Shown here: one piece after another, positions 43,156 through 53,893 of the stretch
Position numbering within the stretch: the stretch's first letter is position 1
How the letters are laid out: each line of letters starts with the position of its first letter
NCBI GenBank assembly: GCA_900088475.1
Contig: FLMG01000369.1
Span: forward strand, 1 to 64,000
Origin: Hyphochytrium catenoides
Lineage: Eukaryota > Protista > Hyphochytriomycota
DNA: 64,000 bases
Direction of reading: 5' to 3'
Position numbers and translations under genes: made by a program
Notes under the pieces: generated by a model
Told to the model about the DNA's origin: nothing
Databases searched by the model: none
The model's input: the letters and a program-made list of their open reading frames with translations, nothing else

Positions 43156-43550
43156 CATGTAGAAACCCATTAATAATCTATGATATCTCTATGATGACCA
43201 CGCGGACGTTGCAAATCTAGGGCTGGTGGAAGTTGGATGGACCGCCTTATGGGGCTCGGAACGGTGGAATATCCAGGGAGGGATATTAGGTTTTCCTGGC
43301 GCGGTTGTAGGATGGGGCTGACCTCCTCCGTCACTTCCAGATTTCCTCGGTCAGCCTCAGCCTCCGCCGCCGGCTCAAAATCTAGACACAGCGGCAACGG
43401 ATAGAAGAAGCACAGCTGACTAGACCTATGCGCTGCCGCAGAACAGTCAAGTAGCATGTAAGAACCCATTAATAATCCATGATATCTCTATGATGACCAC
43501 GCGGACGTTGCAAATCTAGGGCTGGTGGAAGTTGGATGGACCGCCTTATG
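43156..43550 (+). repeat. Near-identical ~96-bp direct repeats (43156-43251 and 43455-43550) flanking ~200 bp of unique sequence
   Basis: aacccattaataatcYatgatatctctatgatgaccacgcggacgttgcaaatctagggctggtggaagttggatggaccgccttatg occurs twice, 299 bp apart. Confidence 0.92.
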
Positions 43551-44788
43551 ATCCTCGGAACCCCTGCTATGGCGAGGGAATTGGTAGCCTTCTTCCCGTG
43601 TTCCTTCATCATGATAAGCCAATGAGCCTTGCCTTCTGTGCTCTTCAGATTCTTCTTTCCACTATGTCTGGCGGATGGATCCGGTTCCTGTCAGCCCTCC
43701 TCTGCTTGTCAGTTTGCTTTTTTTATGCTTCTATTCCTAGATCTCTTCTTACTCATCTTCTAATATCCATCAGTAGACCATGGGCCCTGAGCAGCTCGTC
43801 TTCCGTTGGCATCATAATCTCGTGACAGAGCTACAAAAAGATGTCACTGTCTTGGCAAGGACCGCCGGCACCTAGCGGAGCCAGCAGCAGCGTCTAAACG
43901 CGACAAGTATGCTCTCAGTGCCTGAGATATGCAGAGCTCACACTCGTCTTTCTTACTGCTTGCGACCGCGGTCTTCTGCTCAAGCCTACTGCTAATGATC
44001 TTGACCTTTCTAGTAGGAACATGGTACCCCTACTGCTAACACTAGCCAAGAGAAAGCTCTCCCTACAGAGTAGGAGAAGCATCTAGCTACTGCTCGTCCA
44101 AGATCCATTATTGTCCGCGATTCAAAACAGCGGAGGAACCTAGAGAACCGAGAGTTGCCCATCATCAAAATAACAGCGTTATTGCCGCTAAAAGACGGAC
44201 CAGGAACATGAAAGAAGACTAGTTGAACCTAGGAGACTGTGTGTCATAGAAACAGCTATAGAACCAGACAGGCAGTACCTTCTCACCGCTGCAGAGTCGT
44301 TGCTAGATCAGGGAAACCGTGGTTCCTCTTCTAAAGGTCCGTCTTCCAAGCCCAGATCCTACCCTCGCTGCTCGTCAGCGCGAAGGGCTGTAGAGTTTTT
44401 AGTCATAGTGTCATAGTAGAGCGGTAGAGCCAGTAGAAGTACTGATATGACACGCGGGGTTGGGCACGACCGTCAGGGTGGACGGCGTTATCGTCATACA
44501 TTTTTTTAGCCAGGTCCGTCTTGTCTGGAGCGAGCGAGAACTACCGTTATTGTTCTATCTTTCCCCTACTTTCTTAGCCCTCGAAAGACCTACTGCCTGC
44601 CTCGGTCTCGTAGTTCTACAGCTGTAGGAACAGAACGACTGAGTGACGGTTCTTGGTTCTTGGTCGTCCTCCTCTCCCTTCGCTTTCATCCCCAATAAAC
44701 GGCAGAAAACAGACCTTTTCTTTTATAAAATGGCTGACATTTATTCCCATCTCTGGCTTTGGCTTTGTGAATAATATGATTCGTTTTC

Positions 44789-44844
<56 letters not shown>

Positions 44845-45040
44845 CCCTTCTCTCATTCTCTTCTATCTCTTGTTCGCCTCGCCTACTCGCCCGCTCGTCC
44901 TCCATTTTGCCCCTGTTCCCCTTGTTTCACGCTTTATAACAGGATTGGCGGCAAAAGCGGTAGACTGTCCATGACCTGATTGACCTAGCTCCACATTCTC
45001 CATTGAGACACAGAAGGGTCAGCGCGAGTCACAAAAGCTT

Positions 45041-45713
45041 TTGGAGTCCGCGACGGTCAGCGTAAAACGGGAACTCTGCTTGCTAGTCCTGATCCTGACG
45101 GCCCTTGGCACAGCTGAAATGGCGCCGATAGGGGAGCGCCGCTTTTCCTCTTTACGTCTCCGCTTTCTCTTCTCGGTCTCTCTTCTATCTCTTCTGTGGC
45201 TAGGAAGCAGCGAAGCATGGAAAGTGCCGAGAGTATCGTTGAAGAAGTTGAAACCCAGTTTGTCAAAAGAGTTGGGAGTCGGTGAAGCACAAGAGCGAAA
45301 CTTGGCTCTATCGGAAGGAAATTTGGAAGGCAAAAACAAAGGCCACGAGGCCGGAGACGGGCAAGTTGCCATCAGATGGAGTGTGGGAAGAGGCCTCCAA
45401 GGGCCTTAATGTTGCGGAAATATCGTTGAAACAGGCGTACGACGGATATGAAGCCGCGATCAAGAGTGGCGGCGCCAAAGAGCTAGAAGGGATCAGAAGC
45501 TGGACTAACAAGCTCCAGGACGCGAAATCTCAACTGGACGCCACGAAGAAAGCTTTGGAGGGGACATTCGAGACAAAGATGAGAGATATACCCGCGACGA
45601 CGTTACCTGAAGATAGACAGCAGGCGATTGCCGAGCTCAAGCGCGGATACAATGTTCAGAATGCAAGGCATAAGAAGCTAGTTAGGACTGTCTGGAAGCA
45701 TACTGGGCGCTAA
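45041..45713 (+). pseudogene. Subfamily-B paralog split by a 1-nt frameshift (pseudogene or assembly indel); likely ATG at 45119
   Basis: ORF 45041 carries the signal (…LLWLGSSEAWKVPRVS…) and ORF 45282 carries KHKSETWLYRK…SDGVWEEA…EDRQQAIAEL. Removing one A from aaaa at 45265-45268 gives LSKSWESVKH, aligning with LTKSLSSLKH of 42220. Confidence 0.8.
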
Positions 45714-46594
45714 ACATCTATGGACTTATGAGGCACGCCATGTTCAAGTAGATGAAGCGTTCAACAAACGACCACTATCCTTCCTGAGCTCATTCGTCGT
45801 CGGAGGCCAAAGCTGCCACTAAAGAATCACAGATAACACCTTCCCCCCAAACACAAAGGCTTCGCAGCTCTCCTCTCTTCTTCTTCTTCTTCTACTTCTC
45901 TTTGCTGGTTCTGGTTAGGAGACCTCGTACTGGATGGTCTTCCTCTCACTCTTCTTATCAATGACTCTCTACTTATCATCCAATCGATGCCGGGTTACCA
46001 GGTCGTCTGTCTGGGAATAGCAGATGAAGAAGTATGAACGTTCGGTGTAAGGCTGCAGGTTGTCTCCGCTTGTTGGGAGCTTTTTATCAGCAGGGAGGAG
46101 CTATGATGATGCCTCAAGGGTTCGATTGTGTGCGGCGGCTCTTGAGGCCTCAATGTGATCGCTCTAAACTTGTTGCCGCCCGGCATCATGGCCCAAGGGG
46201 TCTGGCCTCTGTATAGTTCTTCTACGCCTTCACTCCAGAGTCTATTGCTGCCATTTATGAATAACATGTGCTGTAGACGCTCAAGCATAGTCTCTTCTAT
46301 TGCTTGCCTTCTCGAACGTGATGATGGTCTCGGCTCTTCTCCTTCTTCTCCGACTTTTCCTCTTCTTAGTGCTGAGATATCCAATAAAGATTCTTCCTTT
46401 TTATAGAAGAAAGACGATGACTGAGAGAAGGGTTAGTGGTGATGGAGAGATCAAGACTTCTGTTGCGCTTGTTGTCTCTTCTTCTCCGCCTTCTTCTTCT
46501 TCTTCTCTTTCTTTTATCTCTTTCTTCTTCTCCCACTTCCTTCTTCTCTGTCTCCTGTCTTCCTTCTTCTTCTCTCCTTCTTCCTCTTCTCCTT

Positions 46595-46700
46595 CTTCTC
46601 TTTTCTTCTTCTCTTTCTTCTTCTCCTTCTTCTTCTCCTTCTTCCGCTCTTTCTTCTTCTCTTTCTTCTGCTCTTTCTTCTTCTCTTTCTTCTTCTCTTT
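46595..46700. repeat. 12-bp period (ttcttcttctct) minisatellite / TTC-rich tract
   Basis: Direct reading. It translates as KKEK repeats on the - strand, but no gene model supports that. Confidence 0.8.
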
Positions 46701-47731
46701 GAGTAGTAGTAGAAAGACCAGTAAATCTGCTAAATTAATACAATCGAAAAGAAGCCTGCCAACAACAAAACTAACAGACTCAAGGCTCTCCCGTTGGGAA
46801 GAAGGCCTCAAACGGCTTCGCTGGACTTGTTTGTTTTGGTTAGTCCTTCATTGTCGTTGATGTTATCTTCTTATGTTACTTCCTGAGCAAACAGTAGTGA
46901 TGTAGCAGTAGTAGTAGTGTAGATCATGGTCATGGTTCTGGTTAGTCTAGTGCATGGTTCAACACTGCTTCTAAGTAGAAAGCATGTTTATTATTGTCAT
47001 TCATGGACCCTGAAGAACCTTCCGAATGGCGAGAGGATTCTTCTGCTTCGCTTCCATGGACCGCCCGTGTGAATAGAACTACTCGGGTTCTGGGACGTGG
47101 TCAACAGCGTGGTCTACAGAGACTCCGAGCCAGGGAGAGTCCGTGCAGCTCTTTCCTAAGAATAGAACAAAAGGGAAAGGGGCTACCTGGGGCCTTGTTT
47201 GCCTCGTTCTCTGATATCCTGGTCTAACCTGGATACTAAACTTGATAAGTAGTTTGCGGTGAGAGAGGAGAGGAAACTGAGAGCCAGCGACCTAGCTGAG
47301 GAGGAATGCAACTGCACACGGATGGCTGGACACCGGGAACACTACTGCTAGATAGCGCGATGCGATGGACAGCGGAGACTCGACGAAGAAAGAGATGGAG
47401 AAAGAGAGAGAGACCGATAGCTGCTAGAATCCTCATCTGGTACAGAAGAGAGGGAGTAGAAAGTGAGAGGAGACAGAACAGTGGGACGGAGACTCATAGA
47501 AAGAGAGACATTTGGGGCCACAAAGAGCAAAATGAAAGAGACCTGCTGTCCAACCTGAACGAACGCGGCGTATATTCTCTACGACGCATTGTCGATTAGG
47601 AGCCGGCTCCTAGCCAGTGAAGGAGGACGGAGCCAAGCGGCCACTACTCCATCAGAAACGCCCCTTCTGAGACTTCAGAAGTGAAGGACACGACAATAGG
47701 GGATTCTCTCCTACTCATTTCGTCCTAGACT

Positions 47732-49132
47732 ATGGAGTGGCAAGGTCCAAAAAGGATGTCGACGAGGAAGAGACGTGGACGAAGTGTCGCACGACATGGA
47801 CAGAGGAGATGTTGCTCTCCTACCCTTCCTCCTCTTCTCTCCTCTCTTCTCATTTTCCTCTGCCTCTTCGCTCTTCTCCTGCTTAGAAGCACGGAAGTAT
47901 ATGGCATGCGGAAATCTCTTTCTCCGACCCGAGAAGGAGGCGCCAGAGCAGAGCCAGGTACCACCACAACCGCGACAATAACTAGAGCTGGCTCATTAGC
48001 AAGGGCGAAGAGTCCGAGAAGAAAGGCTGTCGGACCAGAAACTGTTCCCCTAAGAGTTGAACCGACGGTTGACGAGACAATAGCTCTCCTGGAAACGAAG
48101 GGAAACGAGGCTCAACGCTCACCAAACCCAGAGACGTTCAGGGACTGGGGTGAGGCGATTGGGAACGCTGCACAACGGCTTAGTAGTACGGAGAGCAGGC
48201 TTCCAGAGACAACGATTGACGAACTTAGGGCCAAGATTGAAGCGCAGGCAGAGGGATTTTTATCCATGTCAACTGCGAGGATAGAGCTCGCCAAGATAAC
48301 CGATGGACAGATCCTGGCATGGCTAAGAGCCGTCCCAGATTCATGGCCCGATATAGCTTGGAACGACCTTTTAGCCTGGGAGAAGTCTCTTCAGAGTGCG
48401 TACATGGAGCTAGCGGACGCTAAGACAGCGTTGAATGAGCTCGCAGCGACGGTACGGATCTTCCTACGAGAGGATGTGAAGGGTAGTCGGGGACTATCCT
48501 CGAGGATCACATCAGCCACGAACAGAGTGACCCAGGTTCAGACTGGGTTAAGAAGGACCGCCATTGGGATCTTAGGACTATCAATGATGGCACTCTTCCG
48601 AATAGAGCAGGGGGCCAAGCAGTCGATGACTCGTCTGCAAGCGCAGATGGCACTGGTGCGGAACTCTGCTAGCGCTTCGGAGGCGACGATGAGGGACCTG
48701 GAGACCGCCTTCGAAGCGGCGTACGCAGAGCTGATCAGGGCCAAGACGAGCTTAGCTACCTTTACCGAGATGACAGGCACAACGCCGTGGAAGGAGCTCT
48801 ACCACCAGCACCATCAAACCTGGAGGATAGGAGTAGTCAGGAACAACATTGGCCATATGGAAAAGGAAATACGAGCGACAGCACTTGGAATCCTAAGGAT
48901 TGCACGGGAGTTCGCTGAGGTGAACGAAGGAGCAGTGCTGGAAGCTATGACCCTGGGAGAACAGAATAGGGCACAGCCTGCACAGATGCTGAGAGCGGAC
49001 ACGCATGATGAACCGAAGGCAAAGGATCTGGCAATGTCAAGCCTCCAGATGGTCACAACTATCTTGCAAAGGATGACAGAGCGCATAAGAGAGAGATTTT
49101 TGCCGGCAACCAGCGTGATCAGTTCAAGGTAG
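47732..49132 (+). CDS. Intronless predicted secreted helical-repeat protein, divergent subfamily A member (466 aa)
   Basis: STRKRR leader identical to the 34734 protein, hydrophobic LLSSLLIFLCLFALLLL, a T/P/R-rich linker and two 107-aa repeats (AYMELADAKTAL…RRTAIGIL / AYAELIRAKTSL…RATALGIL). Shares RAKIEA with the 38400 protein. Confidence 0.85.
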   Translation: MEWQGPKRMSTRKRRGRSVARHGQRRCCSPTLPPLLSSLLIFLCLFALLLLRSTEVYGMRKSLSPTREGGARAEPGTTTTATITRAGSLARAKSPRRKAVGPETVPLRVEPTVDETIALLETKGNEAQRSPNPETFRDWGEAIGNAAQRLSSTESRLPETTIDELRAKIEAQAEGFLSMSTARIELAKITDGQILAWLRAVPDSWPDIAWNDLLAWEKSLQSAYMELADAKTALNELAATVRIFLREDVKGSRGLSSRITSATNRVTQVQTGLRRTAIGILGLSMMALFRIEQGAKQSMTRLQAQMALVRNSASASEATMRDLETAFEAAYAELIRAKTSLATFTEMTGTTPWKELYHQHHQTWRIGVVRNNIGHMEKEIRATALGILRIAREFAEVNEGAVLEAMTLGEQNRAQPAQMLRADTHDEPKAKDLAMSSLQMVTTILQRMTERIRERFLPATSVISSR

Positions 49133-49310
49133 GGAACAATGTGCCTATGTTAGGTCAGGTGTTACTATCTTACAAAGCTGCCATCAAAGATCAGCAGCCA
49201 ATAGAGAGACCAGGAAGGAAGAAAGATCAATAATATACAAAGCTGCACTCTCTTCCGGTTTTCTCTTTCTCTCTCCCTTCCTCCCTCTTAAGAATGTCTC
49301 TTGCTGCGTC

Positions 49311-51929
49311 CTAGTGGATCAGATAGGCTAGGCCGATACGCTGTCCTCCTCTCTCGTCTCCACCTCGTCGATGCGCGGAAGAGGAGATAGGAGGCACCTC
49401 AGAACGTGGAGCAGGAAGAGGGTGAGTGTATGAAGAGCGAGAAAGAGAAGCCACAGAGAGAGGCGCAAGGATAAGCCAGCCCATGAAGATGGCCAAGGAG
49501 CAGATGTATGGGATAGGAATCCCTAGCGCCAAACGGAGCAAGAGGAGAGAGAGAACGATAAGCGGAGGAAGCAGGGCACAAGCGAGAGCTAGCACGTGCT
49601 TTCCTCTCTTCTTCAATAAAACCAACGGGTCTCTTTCTCTCGCTTCCGCCGGCCTGCTCTCTCTGCTGCGGCCTTCTCTACGACTGAGAAAGGCTCCGAT
49701 TCTGTCGTTGCCTAGCTCTCTCCTCTCTCCTTCAAACACCGCTGAGAGCATATGCCGAAAGGCCCGTGCGACTTTTGAAAGGTAGAGAAGAAGAACAGAG
49801 GAGAGAGGAGAGAAGACGACCCACCAAGGCAGAGAGTGATCCTCCATGTCCATCTTATAGACCAACAGAGCAGAGGATAGAAGGACAGACAGAGCAGGTG
49901 CAACCACCTTCATTTGCTGTTGCAATGAGACAAAAGAGAGATGAGAGAAAAGATGCATGGCCAAGCCCATGTATGTCCAGAGAGGGATGCAGGTGACACA
50001 GAGAGAAGAGAGAAGCCCGTCCAGATACATCGACAGAAGAAGAGGAAAGATGTCTACCAGTCCGCAGACCACCGCCATGAACACGATTTCTATAGGAAAC
50101 TCTCTGTTCCAAAAGAAGATACGAAAGAGCTGTGACGAAGAAAAGAATCTCTCTCTTCTTCCGTTCCTCTCTCTCTCTCTGTCGCTGGTTGACAGGCCAC
50201 CAGCAGAGGAAGGCCGAGCGAAGAGAAGGAGGTAGATTGCCACTGCTCCTTTGACGGCAGCAAAAGCCAGGGGCATGAGAAGGACCGAATGAAAGGGAGA
50301 GAAAACCATGAACCAAGAGAGAGAGACATCTCCGTCCAGTTTGAGGCAGAGAAGAACTGGGAAGAGTATGACCATTGCAGAGAGGGAGAGACACGCAGAG
50401 AAGCCCACAAAAGCATCCAATGTCCTCTTGTTCCAACAGCGAAGTACTCTTCCTTTCTTTGCTCTTTCAAGTCTCTCGTCTCTCTCTCTCCTCTCAGCCT
50501 CCAGACTCAAGAGCTCCTCTCTGCATCTTCTGTCTGCTTCTTTCGCTGCGATGTAGAAACGAAGACCATCTGATAGAGAGAGAGAAGGATTGAGGCGGCG
50601 CAGATGGTGCTGGTGCAGGAGCGAGAGAGAAGAAAACTCCGTTATGTTGAGAAAGTTCCATAGTGAGTCCATTTTGGAGAGACTTCTTAGGCGCCTGGGC
50701 AAGGAGAAGAGAAAGAGGAGTGTTATTCAGAGGATCAGAGACAAGAGGGGAGAGAGAGAGTAAAGTAGAGAGAGAGCCGGACAGAGAGAGAGAGAAAGAG
50801 AGAGAGAGAGATTGAAAGAAGAAGAGATGAATTGAGAGAGATTGTGACGAAGGAGGACTGGGGACAGAGAGCTGGAGAGGCCAAAAGAAAGAGGGAGAGC
50901 AATAAGAAAGAGGAGAGAGGTTGAGAGGGTGATGACGAGAGAGCAGAAAAGCGGGGGGAGAGAGAGAGCGCTTGGGTGCAACAAGGGAGAAAAGAAAGAG
51001 GCCTGCGCGTTATCATCCAGACCCGACGGCGTTCCTTTGACTCACCTGGACACAGCACCGGTTCTAGCGACAGTAGGACCATCCAAGCTCCTCAGGATTT
51101 CCAGCAGAAGATCTTCGGAGAGAGAGGTGAGCCTGTCAGGTTTGGAGAGAGAGGCTTCCTCTTTCTTGCTGTGCATCTCTCTTCCTTTCTTCTTCTCCTC
51201 CAAAAGAAAGTCTTTGGATGGAGAGGTGAGCCTGTCACCTATGGAGAGAGAGGTTTCCTCTATCCTATTACTCTCTTTCTCTCTTCCTTTCTTATCTTGG
51301 ACCCAGATTGTCTCTTCAGCGGCAGCGCAACTTGAAAGGAGAACTTCTCGTGTCATCTCCCGTCTCACAATGCGCTCTTTCTCTCTCTTTCCTTCTTCTG
51401 TTGACGAGATGGTGGAGGCAGCCTCTTCTTCCATTGTTGGCTCCTCGCTTTGGAAGCGCTGGACGAACGTAGATATCTCTTTCTTTTTGTCTTCCTCCGT
51501 GGTTTCTGGGGCCTGTTCTAGATGTCTTCCTTCTACCTTCTCAGTACGATGATGCGGGCAAACAGAGTGTTCTGGTTCTCTTTCTCTCTCTTCTCCTTCT
51601 CTCTTCCTTCTTTGGTCTCTCATCAGCTTATACTGCTCTCTCTTTCCTCTCTCTCTCTCATCTCTCCTTCCTCCCCGTCTTTCCAGTACGGTTCCCGTCC
51701 TCTTTTCACCTTCTCGAAGCGAAGAATGCTCTCCTGCACCTTTTAACGGACAGAAGCGAGAGAAGGGAGGCGGCAGGAGGGAAAACCGTAGAGAAGAGAG
51801 AGAGAGAGAAGCGAGAGAAGAGACCCGCAGCGATCGTCTCTCGGGCCTGCAGGAAAGCTTATTGGAGGTTGCGTTTCTCTCTCCCACTCTTAGTGTTTCT
51901 CCTCTCTCTCTCTCTCTCTCTCGTCCCAT
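49311..51929 (-). CDS. F-box protein with a multi-pass TMEM185/TMEM203-like membrane domain (2 exons; start codon uncertain)
   Basis: LTSLSEDLLLEILRSLDGPTVARTGAVSR spliced (intron 51045-50695) to RLRSLSKMDSLW gives a complete F-box. Repeated LLCLKLDG-x4-W-x2-VFSP / LLVYKMD-x6-WWVVFSPL motifs are typical of TMEM185-like proteins. Confidence 0.8.
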
Positions 51930-52069
51930 TCTCTATCTCTTAGAGTTTCTGTCTCCCTCCTCTCTCCCTGACTTCCTCTCTCTTCTCTCTCACTCTCTCT
52001 CTCTCCTCATAAGAACCCCATGAGCACACGAAGTCTCATGACACTTTCTTTTACCTGAGAAGGGGAGAC

Positions 52070-52166
<97 letters not shown>

Positions 52167-53893
52167 GGAGAGAGAGAGAAGCGAGGGAACACGGACAGAG
52201 AAAATGTGTAACTTATTGAGGATTGAGTAACAGAGCTTGAAGACAAAGCAAAGGAGAGATCTAACAAAGTGAGAGAAAGATGGGGTTAGGGGAAGAGACA
52301 GAGGGCGAAGAGATATGAGAAGAGGAAGATCTGGCTCTGTACATGTCGTTTCCTGTACAGACTAAAGGATACAGAAAGGGCCGTTTCAACCGCCCACCCA
52401 GAGCTCCCCGCGGAGTCACCTCCATCTGGTGAGTAGCCCGGTCATTCCCTGGTGCCGAGGATACTCACCACGTGATCCAGTTCAGAACCTAGTACAAACG
52501 GAAGAGGGGATGAACTTGACGGCTGGCTTAACGGCGATTGTTCCCTCAGGTGGTGATGAGTGTTTGTTGATGGATTCGAAGCGCTGCAGCCGCTTGGGCT
52601 TCTGCGCTTGGCTGACTTTTGGCGGCACTTCTCCCGCCAGCTAGCTCTAGCACTACCGCGCGGCACTACTACTACCTTGAGAGTTGAAGCTCACCATTCG
52701 TTGGCCGCAGGCGTCGCTGTTCTTAGCTTCTTGGGGCGTTGTACGGAGCTGGAGCTCGTGCTGGACCCGATCGCCAGGTCTAAAGTACAGGAGTAGTTTA
52801 GGGGCAGTCCAGCGTCTAAGGAAGATAGAAATTGCGTCCAGCGAGTTATGCTCTTTCTAACGGCGATTGGTGCCTGTGCGTAGCGGTTTGACTGCCCAGA
52901 GAAGGTGCCTTGTCGCTGTTTGTGCGCCTTAAGGAGCACGTCGTAGCTCTTTTTCGCTTCATTCTTCCTGTCGTTTTCTCTCAGTAAAAGACCGTAGTAG
53001 ACTGCGTATCAGCCGTTTCCCCGTCAGCCTTTGACATCTTGAGCTGCGCGTCGAAGCTCTTTGGGTCGACTTACTCTATTAGCGAATCACTAGCGCTATC
53101 TGCCTCTTTACCTCTGAGTTCCGCTTACCCGAGGAGGACCTTTCGTCACTTTCCGTCGAGATAAACAAGAGAACCATCCTCGATTTGTAAAGACCGCCCT
53201 CGGTTAAATGAGTTCCTCTTCGTCGTGAGCGAGAAGCGTGTAGCACTCCGAAGAAGAGGAGTCGGGGAGAAAGGAACAGGAGGACCTTTTGAGGTCGCAA
53301 CCAGGATCTTAGCACAGGAGGCGATAGGAGAAAGAGAACAGAAAGTCATTCAGGCAGCGGGGGGCGTTGCGGAAAGCAAAAGGAAATGCAAGCTCCTCCC
53401 TCTTTGCGATGCAAACTAACTCACACAAATACTATTGAAGAAACTCAAAGCTGGCTCTCTCGCTTGGCTGCCTGGCGCGGTAGGGATCTCTTAACAAGCT
53501 CCGTAGTTCTCTCTGTCCTCCTACTATGTGATAGTAGTGCCGGTCACCTGGTCTCTATGTTATGCAAAAGGCATCGCACGGTCGGCGCAAGGGTATGTCA
53601 CCGAGAGCGCTACGGAAGACCCACTTTGCCATGAAAATAATAAGCAGACTGGCTACACGGAAAGGAGGAGACCCGATGGGGACGTACTAGAAGATAAACG
53701 TCGCTCTGGCTTTGTTCCGTACCCTTCTGTCTTACGTGGACCTTCGAGAAGAGCTTAGATGTGCGCTTCCAGTGACATACGCTGTGCTATGCATGACTGA
53801 CTGCATAATGAAGAAAGAAATGCAACTACGGAAAACATACAGATTTATAGATAATTGTTGAGACACAGGAGAAAGCAAGCCTAACTAGAACGA

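Larger units (their letters stand above)
40345..45780 (+). repeat. Diverged tandem segmental duplication, two ~2.7-kb units (~40345-42960 and ~43000-45780), each with upstream DNA plus one subfamily-B gene
   Basis: Collinear shared blocks: taagaccgtc…tgatgatgagca (40350/43006), gtttggatgatgctt (40458/43124), tctggcggatggatccggttcct…cagccctcctctgcttgtca (40643/43667), ccagcagcagcgtcta (40871/43881), caccgctgcagagtcgttgctaga (41204/44284), gtccgtcttccaagcccaga (41262/44337), then the paralogous ORFs. Confidence 0.9.

Noticed and set aside
46300-46860. KKEK-repeat protein (- strand) or Phe/Ser-rich protein (+ strand)
   Set aside because: Explained by a TTC-based minisatellite; no ATG-initiated, supported gene structure.
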